Notes under the pieces: generated by a model | What the model saw: the letters and a program-made list of their open reading frames with translations, nothing else | What the model was told of the DNA's origin: nothing | Databases searched by the model: none | Translations under genes and position numbers: made by a program | Part shown: positions 23,828 through 33,359 of the stretch, piece after piece | Numbering within the stretch: position 1 is the stretch's first letter | Layout of the letters: each line of letters begins with the position of its first letter | IMG/VR virus record: IMGVR_UViG_3300020460_000034 | Span: 1 to 33,771 of that record | Strand: one strand, 5' to 3' | From: a virus | Taxonomy: Duplodnaviria > Caudoviricetes | DNA length: 33,771 bases

Positions 23828-24344
23828 AGAAACTCAGGGAGAATGGGTAGAACAACTATTTGAAACCCTTAAAGGGTTCAAATTCCCTTCCCTCAAACCA
23901 CAACGCCCTTGGGTTGAAGTTGTAACAAAGCGAAGCCAGACCAGAGGCTTAAATTTTGAAGGCGCTAATCGGCCTATCTACGGAGAGCATGTTCATCATG
24001 CTTGGCATCGACCGCTTCCAGAAAACATTTATGAAGCAACAATGTCAGCTGCGCCTAACCAGGCAATCCCTTTGTCCTACGACGAAAGAGAATCCCGCAG
24101 GGAAGATCTTGTCATAGCAGTTCAAGAAGTCTTTCTTTCTTTAACTGATGACGAACAATGGCTATACCAAATGCTTGTCGACTGGGGTTTAACCCTAAGA
24201 TCATTAGCTCAACTAAGCGGTATCCCTAAAACTAGTTTGGCGCGAATACGCGACGAACTAGCACACAAACTGAGAGATGGGTTACTCAAACAAGAAGTAG
24301 TTCGAGATTACCTATCTAAGTCAAACCCTCATCATGAGAGTTGA
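23820..24344 (+). CDS. Sigma-70 region 4-like HTH protein (candidate late-gene activator)
   Basis: LSLTDDEQWLYQMLVDWGLTLRSLAQLSGIPKTSLARIRDELAHKLR; last gene of the replication operon. Confidence 0.65.
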   Translation: MDEETQGEWVEQLFETLKGFKFPSLKPQRPWVEVVTKRSQTRGLNFEGANRPIYGEHVHHAWHRPLPENIYEATMSAAPNQAIPLSYDERESRREDLVIAVQEVFLSLTDDEQWLYQMLVDWGLTLRSLAQLSGIPKTSLARIRDELAHKLRDGLLKQEVVRDYLSKSNPHHES

Positions 24345-24636
24345 CGCAAGCTTCTAGAAAATCGCTAAGTCCTTGCAACCAGTGCAGCATTGCTCCCAAT
24401 GCGACAATGTTGCCATCTTTAGCTTCACCCCAAGCGTTTAAAACTGAGTCCAGCTCGTCAGGGTTAAAAACGAAAAGAACAGCAAGATCTTCTCCGACCC
24501 ATTGAGCGTGCGTCCCATCCTGAATGTCGAGTAAACCAATCGAATCTCGAATTGATTCTTCAACTTCGTCTTCAAGAGCAAGACCTTGAGCTGCCATAAA
24601 GTCAGCCCAGTCTTCTTCAAACGCTTCTTCTTCCAC
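24316..24636 (-). CDS. Hypothetical acidic protein
   Basis: 106 aa, follows the holin; converges with the plus-strand operon. Confidence 0.65.
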   Translation of the reverse strand: MEEEAFEEDWADFMAAQGLALEDEVEESIRDSIGLLDIQDGTHAQWVGEDLAVLFVFNPDELDSVLNAWGEAKDGNIVALGAMLHWLQGLSDFLEACVNSHDEGLT

Positions 24637-24638
24637 CT

Positions 24639-24833
24639 TTACCTGCCAAGACGCGCCTTTGCCAGCGTTTTCAAAGCGGCAATAGCTGCTGCAGCGAATG
24701 CCGTAGCAGCCGCTTTAAGACTTGATACATCAGTAACAACTACTACAGCAAGAGCAGACTCGACGCCCGTCCAAACTGAACGTTCAATCCAATCACTCCA
24801 AGAAAACTTTGTTTTCGCTGTTTCTTCAGTCAC
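24639..24833 (-). CDS. Holin (r1t-like)
   Basis: WIERSVWT motif, two short hydrophobic helices, basic C-terminus, near the endolysin. Confidence 0.7.
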   Translation of the reverse strand: MTEETAKTKFSWSDWIERSVWTGVESALAVVVVTDVSSLKAAATAFAAAAIAALKTLAKARLGR

Positions 24834-24844
24834 TTGTTGCCTTC

Positions 24845-24925
24845 CTAATATTTAACTGGTCTTCTGGCACGTTTACGGCTTTTCTTTGGTTTTGGATAAG
24901 CCGCTTTCTTAGGTGGTTTTTTCAT
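24845..24925 (-). CDS. 26-aa highly basic micropeptide
   Basis: Hand-translated MKKPPKKAAYPKPKKSRKRARRPVKY; ATGA overlap with the upstream gene; fills the gap. Confidence 0.55.
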   Translation of the reverse strand: MKKPPKKAAYPKPKKSRKRARRPVKY

Positions 24926-25107
24926 TTACCAAACGGTCTTCCGCCATGTGCCTGATTGCCGAGTGGAGTGGATCGCAAATAAGCAGCATCACTTTTCGCT
25001 TTAGCAGCCATGTTCGCCATGTTGTCAACCGACGATGAGTCATATGGTTGTTCATCTGCGTTGCCGAAAGTGTCACCAAACGACCCGTACCCTTTTCCTT
25101 TAGCCAT
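24922..25107 (-). CDS. Hypothetical protein
   Basis: 61 aa, AGGAGGT RBS, preceded by the late motif. Confidence 0.7.
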   Translation of the reverse strand: MAKGKGYGSFGDTFGNADEQPYDSSSVDNMANMAAKAKSDAAYLRSTPLGNQAHGGRPFGK

Positions 25108-25115
25108 TCTGGTAC

Positions 25116-25142
25116 CTCCTATAGATAGCTGACCGTGGCCCA
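25116..25142 (-). promoter_or_regulatory. Putative late-promoter motif
   Basis: TGGGCCA-CGGTCAGCTATC-TATAGGAG. Confidence 0.6.
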
Positions 25143-25143
25143 G

Positions 25144-25914
25144 CTAGCTGAACAACACATCCCATGTATTGCCACCAACTATGCCATCAACTTTAAGAAA
25201 CGAAGCATACTTAACTTGGAATAATTTCACTGCTCGTTTCGTGTTATACCCGTAAATACCGTCTATTGGTCCAGGTTCGTAGCCAAGATCCTTCAATCTT
25301 TGCTGAACGGCTCTCACAGCCTCCCCACGGCTTCTCTTACGTTTCGAAAGGGGGCTGGCAAGGACAACATTCTTTAAGCCTTCCAGATGGGCGCTCACGC
25401 CGTCCCAGTCAACTTTGGCTGGATCATCAATCTTTTCAGGCATCCCAGACTTCAACCAGTCATATAACCAGTTACCTGGACAGGTCGAATTACCGACATC
25501 TCGATGCCCTTTAACCCACAATTTGTTGTCATAACGATGCTGAATATCAGAAATAAGCCATTTGATAGACTTCAAAGCCGCTTCAGGGACCTCTACATCC
25601 CCCCAGCCCGTGAAACAAATCGACTCAGTACGAGAATTCCAACCCTTAGTAGCACCAGAAACGACACTAGGACCTCTCCCCGCATAGATAACCCCTTCTT
25701 CGTCAACTAACCAGTTGTAAGCAATAGCATTCCAACCTCGAGAATCCATGTGGAAACGCTCATACGCTTTAACAGCTGTCACGCCCTTAGGGGCGTTCTT
25801 TACACCACTGTGATGCAAGACAACACCTTTGACGCGCCACTTCTTTAATGGAGTGAACTTTCGTTTAGGTGGACGGGCTTCCCATCCAGCTCTAGAAATA
25901 ATCGTGGGAGACAT
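25144..25914 (-). CDS. Endolysin: N-acetylmuramoyl-L-alanine amidase (Amidase_2/PGRP-like) plus PG_binding_1
   Basis: VVLHHS, IAYNWLV, GHRD...CPG; C-terminal DGIYG...FQ...VDGIVGGNTW. ATG at 25914 taken as start. Confidence 0.92.
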   Translation of the reverse strand: MSPTIISRAGWEARPPKRKFTPLKKWRVKGVVLHHSGVKNAPKGVTAVKAYERFHMDSRGWNAIAYNWLVDEEGVIYAGRGPSVVSGATKGWNSRTESICFTGWGDVEVPEAALKSIKWLISDIQHRYDNKLWVKGHRDVGNSTCPGNWLYDWLKSGMPEKIDDPAKVDWDGVSAHLEGLKNVVLASPLSKRKRSRGEAVRAVQQRLKDLGYEPGPIDGIYGYNTKRAVKLFQVKYASFLKVDGIVGGNTWDVLFS

Positions 25915-25923
25915 ATACAAATC

Positions 25924-28900
25924 TTACTCCGATCCCACACTTTCGATGTCTCTAAAGTCCTGAATGTCCTTAGAGAACTCTTCTCGCATCTTATACAACT
26001 TGCTTCTCTGCGAAGCAGGATCATTAGTTCGCAATCCAAGCCCTAGGAACGTTGAGAAAAACGTTGTCAACCAACGATCCTGTTTATCTTTTTCTGAAGG
26101 CAACACCTTCCGAGATCTACCTAACACAGGCATAAACTGCTCAACCGCATAAGCGTAAGTATCTTTCATCGCCCACTGACCTTTGGAATTCTTTTTAGCT
26201 AAACCCAAAGAACCCAAAACAGGCATAGCAAAATTCCAGGTTGCTGGAACCTCTCCGTATCTCCCTGTCATCTTGATATCCGCAAATGTTTTCTTCAACG
26301 CCCACATCTCAATAGGCAACTTATAGAACGGCATAACGTTCTCAACTATCGCTCGAGGAGGAACAGTAGCGCTAGGGAAATCTTTCAAATACTTAGACAA
26401 ATCCTTAAACGGAAGATCAGGAAGCGCATACATTCGATAGCCACCCGACGTGAATGGCAACCTAACGGCCATGTTCTCTCCAAAGTAATCAGGGACGAGC
26501 CCCTCCACTGGAGAGTGTATTTCCAATTCACCCTTAACTTGACTAATCCGATTCCAGGCAGCTGGGTTCTTGCCAATAGATTCAACTAGCACAGGCAAAA
26601 TGTTTTTCTGCCAAGTCCAGAACGGCACAAACTGCTTGATTGCGACATCGCCTTTAGTTAAATCTGAATAATCAAAATGATATTTCCTGACCTTGAACCA
26701 AGCATCATCGAGACTCGAACCAGTCATCATCGCATGATGAGCCAAAGCACCACGCATCATAAACTCAGCGTCCGTGTTTACTGAACGCACAAACGCAAAT
26801 GGCTTAAATTCTGCTCTGAAGGGATTCCAAGTTCCTCCGACCGTGCGGCCACGGAAACCGCGACCTGACCCAAACCCAGCGGAGTCCACAGTTGAAATAA
26901 CTTCGGACGCAGCTTGCCCACCCTCGCCCAAACCAGCCTCAAACCATTGCTTAAACATTCTCATCTCATGATTGCTAACAGATTCTTTCAAACCTCTCAG
27001 CTTCACAGATTTTCCTGAACCAATGATTTCATCTAGCGCAGCGACTTCATCAATGCCCCGTTCGTCAGCAACCTTGCGGACCTGACGACGGATCTCACTA
27101 ACTCTTCGGTGGTAAGACATGGGGACGCCATTGATTTGGTTGTTGACCCACATGCCACCGTACATATTTCTTAAAATGAAACCAGGTGTGCTAACAGCTT
27201 GAGCTTTCCACCAGTTCACAAAGCTTGCGTACCTGCGGCCAAACAACCGCATCGCCTGAACGTCTTGAGTTTTCGCTGCCGCTTGCATGGCGTCAACGAA
27301 TAACTCCAACGAATCGTTATCTACAGAACCTGGAAGCGACAAACCGCTCAACAGGTTCCTAGATTTGCTACTGATGTTAGGCCGATTCAAAGCTCGTCCT
27401 AACTCAGTCATGTTCAACAAATAATCGTTAACAGCATCATCAAAGTAGAAACCAACTGATTTCAAACCTCGAGAACTGCGATCAGCGTTCAACAAATTAA
27501 TTGCATCCAGCTGCGTTTCTGAAGCTTCTAGCCCTCTAGCCAAACCGCCAGGTGCAACAATGGCGTCAATGTCCGCCATTCCCTCCAAAATAATTCGTTG
27601 CTGCTCAATAATGTCGAACTGTAGTTCCATGATTTCTTGAGCAGTAGCAGTTTGCTTTGCCGTAATAGTTCCCAGCTTCGACTGAATCTCCGCTTGCAAA
27701 GGCAACAACTGGTCGCTTTCCAACCGTTCAAGTTGAGCTTTCAAAACAGCTTCCTGTTCCAAAAGCTCTTCGTATTTGATTCGAGCTTTCGACTTATTAA
27801 TAGCGTTCGGAGAACCAAGCCCTTTAGCTATTTGCTCTTCTAACGCTGCTCGCTTTGCCGCTAATTCAGCAAGTTTTGCATCAAACTCAGCTCTAACTTT
27901 GGGAGACACTTCCCCAGCAGCACTCATGAACTGACTGATCTTGGTCTTAGCGGCATAACCCACTTCCAACTCAAGACGCTTTAACTGGTCAACTTGATCA
28001 ACGTAATGCCTGAACAATGGGTCGCTATCTAAAAGCTCTTTCCACTGCACCCCAAACATATCCAACTGTTCAACAGTATGAACATCCGCTAGTTGAGACA
28101 AAGCTTCAGCTGCTTGAGCAGTCGGATCGTTATCCAATATGTTGCGAACAAGACGTTGATTAGTTTCTCTCAACCCCTCTTCCAACATGCGTAACTGCTC
28201 ATCAAGCGAATTTAACGCCGCTTGCACATCACCGAACACCGCAGGATCACCAGCCTGAGCAATAACTGCTTTCAACGTTGACTGCAAACGACGAATGTCG
28301 CTGATCTCAGAACCCAAAACATGAACCCGTTCAGAAGCTTCCTCCAAAGCAGAAGTCGCCACTTCACGATTCTTTAACGCTTTCTTCAACGCAGGAGTAG
28401 GAGTCTTCAACTCCATACCCTTCAACAACTCTCTCGCAGCTGCACTCAGATTCGCAGCATTACCCGTTTCCAAAGCCGCAACAGCTTCCCCAACATCGTC
28501 CACCAATCCTTGTATTTCCGACATCTGTTCTATAACGCCAGCTTCTTCAACCTGACGAGAAACCTGAGACTTAACAGTCCCACCCCCAGTTTGCAATCTC
28601 GGAAAATCAGTCTCCCCTAACTGCTCAGTCATCTCAGCAGCAGAACCCCGCAAACCGAACTCGGCAGGAGTTTTCGTATAATTCTCAACATCTGCCGCAT
28701 AACGAGTAGCTTGCCGACGAGCATCGTCAAGCTTGTCCCCAGTACGTTGCTGGGCTCGTTGAGCACGATGAATCGTATCCCAAATACCTTCACCCATTCG
28801 ACGCTGAATGCGACCATTAACACCCTGGATGACAATCCCAGCGTCACGCATCCCGTCAACAACAGCTTGAGAACGAATATGTTTCGTCATCGTCCCCATA

Positions 28901-30759
28901 TAACGAGCTATTCCTTGTCGAGCGTCATCGCTAAAGAAAGCTTTCCACCCATCATCCCCCATAGCTTCTTTACCCATATTCTCCATCTGAGTAAGAACGC
29001 TGCCAGCCTCATCAACATTACGCAAAGGCCCACCGAAATAACGATTAGAAACTTTCCTACCGTTATTTAACGTGATCTCCACGCCTTCATCTAACGCAAG
29101 CTCAAACGCTTCATCAATGTTATCGCCTTGCTGCAAACCCAAAGAATCAACAATATTTCGATCAGTTATCTCTCCCGCCTCACGCAACCGCCGCATACCA
29201 GCAGGAGTCGCATACTTTCGTGCTTTCAACGAGCTACCAGTAAGCCCCTCAGCTGCAGCAAAGTCAAAAACATCATCTTTAGAGTTCACATAACGAGAAC
29301 CCTCAGCATTCAAATATCGAGCAACGTAATACTCATCCTTAATCAAAGGAAGCTGAGACAATGACAACTCAGTGTTGAAAGCGTCCCCAGCTTCCTGCCA
29401 CCAACTTTGAGCATCAGCATGAACCGCAGCCCAAGCCTCATCATCGACAAACCTTGAATCAATCGCCCCAAGGAAAGCAGAATCAGCAGGCTCTTCCGCA
29501 GCTCTCATCAACACATCAAAATCGATGCCCTCTTTAGAAGCTTTCTTAGAAAGAGCACGCAACCCCATCATGCGCTGATTCTCCCAACGCATGCTTTTAA
29601 CAGTTGCTTGATTAGTGATACGAGACAAATACAATCCAGCCTCAACTGCAGCAGGATCATCGGATCTAATCATCCGATTGATCTCCGCACGGCTCGACAC
29701 AATATCTCCCAAACTTTGCCCAATCTTCGTTTTAGCCGCAGCGCCCATCATTTTCCCAGGCAAAGAAGCTACAAAAGCTACAGAAGCAGCCTTCCCTAAC
29801 CCAGGAAGACGCAACAAAGGAATTTCTACTGCCATATTTGCAGCAACTTGCGCCGCTCGAGTAGCAGGACTACCAGAAGGAATCTTTGCAGCCTGCTTGT
29901 TCATCTTCCTTAACTGAGCCAACCGACCCGCAATTAACTTCCGAGCCTTAGGATTATTCAAATCGAAAAGACGTTCACCCTTAATCCAACGATAGCTGCC
30001 CCCAGGGCCGACATTTACCTGAGCTAACTGCTCCACACGCTTCGCATCAAGCCACTTCCCAACCTTTGAGTTAGGAGCAAGGCGACGCAAAGGACGCTCA
30101 ATAATTCTACGACCCAACTTTCCTGTGCCAGGAATTGTAAAACGCATCCCAGGAGAAATCCCAATATCAGCCAAGCTATCCCCAGCTGACAACACTGACC
30201 TTGTCTTCCTGACCCTGTCAGCAGCAGCTGTAAGCTCCGCAGCTTTAGAAGTATTTGTCGTTGCCTTAGCGGCACCCTGCAAAGCTTTCACAACATCGTC
30301 AGCTTTGGCAGCGCGAGCCGCAAGGCCAGCTCCAGCCATATAAGTCAAAGGATCAAGAGCAATATCTAAACCCAAACCCACAACAAAATCTAAAGGACCT
30401 GGAAGATCGACATCCCAATCACGAAGGACTTCGCCCATCATGATGTTGTCGTTCATCTGATTCCACCATTCCCCTACGGAGAAACTGTTATCAGAATCAA
30501 ATATGTCGCCTATCTCTTTAATGCCAGAAACAATCCCAGCGCGAGGCTTATCAATAAGCCGCAAGACATCTCCGAGGATAGGAACATCAAACCCATTCTT
30601 ATCCTCACCAGCTTGAGAAGGCGAAGCAGCAAGATCTCCCAAAGGAAGTATCAAAGGCTCTTTCTGATTTACGAGTCCTTCAATAACAAAATCATGCGTT
30701 CTAGGTTTACGGCGTTTAGTGAACTGCCCTTGAGAAGGGTTAAACCCTAAATTAGCCAT
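25924..30759 (-). CDS. Large internal virion / DNA-ejection protein
   Basis: 1611 aa, Ala-rich and helical with coiled-coil; LDIALDPLTY and FVPFWTW motifs; last of three large late genes. Confidence 0.65.
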   Translation of the reverse strand: MANLGFNPSQGQFTKRRKPRTHDFVIEGLVNQKEPLILPLGDLAASPSQAGEDKNGFDVPILGDVLRLIDKPRAGIVSGIKEIGDIFDSDNSFSVGEWWNQMNDNIMMGEVLRDWDVDLPGPLDFVVGLGLDIALDPLTYMAGAGLAARAAKADDVVKALQGAAKATTNTSKAAELTAAADRVRKTRSVLSAGDSLADIGISPGMRFTIPGTGKLGRRIIERPLRRLAPNSKVGKWLDAKRVEQLAQVNVGPGGSYRWIKGERLFDLNNPKARKLIAGRLAQLRKMNKQAAKIPSGSPATRAAQVAANMAVEIPLLRLPGLGKAASVAFVASLPGKMMGAAAKTKIGQSLGDIVSSRAEINRMIRSDDPAAVEAGLYLSRITNQATVKSMRWENQRMMGLRALSKKASKEGIDFDVLMRAAEEPADSAFLGAIDSRFVDDEAWAAVHADAQSWWQEAGDAFNTELSLSQLPLIKDEYYVARYLNAEGSRYVNSKDDVFDFAAAEGLTGSSLKARKYATPAGMRRLREAGEITDRNIVDSLGLQQGDNIDEAFELALDEGVEITLNNGRKVSNRYFGGPLRNVDEAGSVLTQMENMGKEAMGDDGWKAFFSDDARQGIARYMGTMTKHIRSQAVVDGMRDAGIVIQGVNGRIQRRMGEGIWDTIHRAQRAQQRTGDKLDDARRQATRYAADVENYTKTPAEFGLRGSAAEMTEQLGETDFPRLQTGGGTVKSQVSRQVEEAGVIEQMSEIQGLVDDVGEAVAALETGNAANLSAAARELLKGMELKTPTPALKKALKNREVATSALEEASERVHVLGSEISDIRRLQSTLKAVIAQAGDPAVFGDVQAALNSLDEQLRMLEEGLRETNQRLVRNILDNDPTAQAAEALSQLADVHTVEQLDMFGVQWKELLDSDPLFRHYVDQVDQLKRLELEVGYAAKTKISQFMSAAGEVSPKVRAEFDAKLAELAAKRAALEEQIAKGLGSPNAINKSKARIKYEELLEQEAVLKAQLERLESDQLLPLQAEIQSKLGTITAKQTATAQEIMELQFDIIEQQRIILEGMADIDAIVAPGGLARGLEASETQLDAINLLNADRSSRGLKSVGFYFDDAVNDYLLNMTELGRALNRPNISSKSRNLLSGLSLPGSVDNDSLELFVDAMQAAAKTQDVQAMRLFGRRYASFVNWWKAQAVSTPGFILRNMYGGMWVNNQINGVPMSYHRRVSEIRRQVRKVADERGIDEVAALDEIIGSGKSVKLRGLKESVSNHEMRMFKQWFEAGLGEGGQAASEVISTVDSAGFGSGRGFRGRTVGGTWNPFRAEFKPFAFVRSVNTDAEFMMRGALAHHAMMTGSSLDDAWFKVRKYHFDYSDLTKGDVAIKQFVPFWTWQKNILPVLVESIGKNPAAWNRISQVKGELEIHSPVEGLVPDYFGENMAVRLPFTSGGYRMYALPDLPFKDLSKYLKDFPSATVPPRAIVENVMPFYKLPIEMWALKKTFADIKMTGRYGEVPATWNFAMPVLGSLGLAKKNSKGQWAMKDTYAYAVEQFMPVLGRSRKVLPSEKDKQDRWLTTFFSTFLGLGLRTNDPASQRSKLYKMREEFSKDIQDFRDIESVGSE

Positions 30760-30763
30760 AAAT

Positions 30764-32296
30764 TTAACCTCGAGGCATGGCGTTTTTATTTAAGATAGTT
30801 GCAATCTTTGACAACGCTTCGATCTGTTCCATTGATAAGAATTGTTCAACCCCTAGTTCAGCAGCAGACTCAGCTCCAATATCAAACAGCTGAGGAGCTT
30901 CTTGCTTATCATCAATTTGCCCCAACCGTTTCAACAACTGGTCAACAGTCAAATTCAGTGTTTGCCCGATCTGGTCATCAGTGTAAGGAACCAACGGCTG
31001 ATCCCCGTCACCTGACGCTACCTCCATAGCATCACCCAACACTGTTTCCAGAATGCCCGCCAAAGACGCAGCTTCACCCATTCCAGGTGACAAACCATAC
31101 AATTCTTGACCCAACGCATCAGCAAGCTGCGCTTTCTGCGTTGCTTGCGCCCGAGCTTTCGACTCTGCCGCAGCAGCATCTTCAACACTGATCTGACGTT
31201 GCAGAACAGCATCTTCAATAGCCATCAAAGAATCTTCATACTCATCCTGAGCATCAAACATAGCTTTCGCTGTCTCCGCATTTAACCGACGGATCTCAGC
31301 GTTAGCGCCCTGCAAAGCATCCGAAGCTACTTTGTCCCACGCCAATTGCCCTATAACAGACAACCTGTTAGCAAAATTAACTCCCGTATCAAATGTTCCC
31401 TGCAAGAACGCAGCCTCAGTTGCACCGACAGCATCAATCCAAGCATTAGGGTTCAAACCAAGTTCAGTAGCTTTAGCTTGAGCGGCACGAACCTGATCGG
31501 CATACAACGACTGCATACCGCCAACAGACTTTTCGTGCTGCGCCGCATAAAACGCTTCCATTGCCAAACGATCAGCGTTGGAACGAGCATGCTGCCCTTT
31601 CCAAGTATCCATGTCCGCAACAATTTCGTTGCCTCGACGCGTTTGTTCGTCTTGCCAAAATTTATTGCTTCTATCGAACTTAGCTTTATAATCTCCCTGA
31701 CGATCCGCTGCCCAAGCATTGATAGTTGCCATCGGATCATAACCACCACCAACGTCAACTGATTCTCCCCCAGAACTAGTTTCCCAAGGAACCGTTCCTC
31801 CAGTCAACGCAGCTATCTCATCGGCTATTCCTAATCGAGCAGCCCAATCAAGAATATTTGAATCATATTGCTCATTAGTCGAAGGACCACCACCCGCTAC
31901 ATAGCCAGGAGCCTCCCAAGGAGCCCAACCAGGCTGATTCCGTTCCATGCCTTGCCGTTCAAGCATCCGAAGCATTTCATCTTCGGCTGCACGAGCACTG
32001 CGAGCTTGCATACCTTCTTGGAAAGACAACCCTTTGAGCGTTCTTTCAGCGTCACCAGATATAGCCGACTGTCTTGCATTTGCAATATCTTGCAAACGCG
32101 CATTCTCTGCTGCGCGATCAGCTTTCATCTTCTCACTGTGCAAAGATTCAGGAGCGTAATCACCTTCAATGAATTTGCCTATGTAAGGAGCAGCTTCTCC
32201 AAACGCGACCAAAGGAGCAGTCAAAGGATTAGTTGATAAAGCTTTACCAACACCACCTGACCACTCGTCCCACCAGTCACCAAGAATGCCAGCCAC
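30764..32296 (-). CDS. Putative internal virion protein
   Basis: 510 aa, Ala/Gln/Asp-rich and helical; synteny. Confidence 0.55.
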   Translation of the reverse strand: MAGILGDWWDEWSGGVGKALSTNPLTAPLVAFGEAAPYIGKFIEGDYAPESLHSEKMKADRAAENARLQDIANARQSAISGDAERTLKGLSFQEGMQARSARAAEDEMLRMLERQGMERNQPGWAPWEAPGYVAGGGPSTNEQYDSNILDWAARLGIADEIAALTGGTVPWETSSGGESVDVGGGYDPMATINAWAADRQGDYKAKFDRSNKFWQDEQTRRGNEIVADMDTWKGQHARSNADRLAMEAFYAAQHEKSVGGMQSLYADQVRAAQAKATELGLNPNAWIDAVGATEAAFLQGTFDTGVNFANRLSVIGQLAWDKVASDALQGANAEIRRLNAETAKAMFDAQDEYEDSLMAIEDAVLQRQISVEDAAAAESKARAQATQKAQLADALGQELYGLSPGMGEAASLAGILETVLGDAMEVASGDGDQPLVPYTDDQIGQTLNLTVDQLLKRLGQIDDKQEAPQLFDIGAESAAELGVEQFLSMEQIEALSKIATILNKNAMPRG

Positions 32297-32297
32297 T

Positions 32298-33326
32298 TTA
32301 AACTCCTCTAATATTCGCAGAAGTTGCTACAGAGTTTAAGAAACTCTTCAAAGCATCTCGATCAACAAATCGTTGAGTATCTTGTTCTGCTACCAGCCCT
32401 TGCTGGAGTAACAAATCTTGCAACTTTCTGCTTGTTTGATTCGTCAAATCACCACGACTGCGTAACACTTCCCCAAGGAATTCGCCCATGCCAGTATCAC
32501 GAACACCACTGTTCGTCATACCTCTACGCTGCATAGCATCTTCTATCGCAGAAATACCTTTATCTTGAGCCCTGTCGATACGACCCAAGCGACGCACATA
32601 ATCTTGAGTAGCGCGATCGCCCTGTAACCCAAGCTTTGCCAGCAAATCCATCAGCTGCAAACGTTTATCAAACGCTGCCCCAGTACCAAACGATTTGGTA
32701 CCTGGAAGCTCACCTATCGGAACGAACTCAGGAACATTAGTGTTCTCTGGAACAAACTCATCTTCCGAATTCTCAAATCCCAAATTAGGATTATTAGTGT
32801 TTGGAGCCATGTTCGACGCAGCTGTCGCCAAAGCCTGAGCTGGCGAACCCGTCAAAGCATTAATCACATCATTCAAATTTTGACCCGCAGCAGAAGACTT
32901 GTTAGACCAATCTCTTTGCTGCTTATCCAACAAAAATCCTAAAGGATTATGAGTCGCCCCCGCAATCCCCTGATTGAAATAATTGGCGTAACGAGAAGAC
33001 TGATTAGACCAATCTTTGAACTTTCCAACAGGGTCAGAAACAGGTGGCGGAGGATCAAAACTATTCAAAGTATTGTTAATACTTTGATTTAACGCATTGG
33101 CAGCAGCTGAAGATTGATTCCCTTTAGCCACTCTGTCGTTATGCTGTATGTTGGCAATATTTTTTTGGCTTTGCCAAGTGTTGTATTCGTCTTGGAAATC
33201 AAGTTGTTCAGCCCCTGTAATTGCTTTTTGACGCGAGGGATTACTCATCGTCATTGTCACAGGCTTTACCTTATTTTTTGCCTTAGTACGGTTTGTCATA
33301 TAAGGCTCAATTACAGAGTAAGACAT
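32298..33326 (-). CDS. Putative internal virion protein
   Basis: 342 aa, Asn/Gln-rich N-half, RGMTNSG motif, AGGAG RBS. Confidence 0.55.
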   Translation of the reverse strand: MSYSVIEPYMTNRTKAKNKVKPVTMTMSNPSRQKAITGAEQLDFQDEYNTWQSQKNIANIQHNDRVAKGNQSSAAANALNQSINNTLNSFDPPPPVSDPVGKFKDWSNQSSRYANYFNQGIAGATHNPLGFLLDKQQRDWSNKSSAAGQNLNDVINALTGSPAQALATAASNMAPNTNNPNLGFENSEDEFVPENTNVPEFVPIGELPGTKSFGTGAAFDKRLQLMDLLAKLGLQGDRATQDYVRRLGRIDRAQDKGISAIEDAMQRRGMTNSGVRDTGMGEFLGEVLRSRGDLTNQTSRKLQDLLLQQGLVAEQDTQRFVDRDALKSFLNSVATSANIRGV

Positions 33327-33331
33327 TTAAG

Positions 33332-33359
33332 CTCCTATATTTACTCTTCTGTGGTCCCA
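33332..33359 (-). promoter_or_regulatory. Putative late-promoter motif (13-nt spacer)
   Basis: TGGGACC-ACAGAAGAGTAAA-TATAGGAG. Confidence 0.55.

Noticed and set aside
25924-30759. 1611-aa protein as a virion RNA polymerase or tape measure protein
   Set aside because: I found no DxDGD or single-subunit RNAP motifs, and no tail tube or tail-assembly chaperone genes; an ejection protein fits the podovirus-like gene set better.
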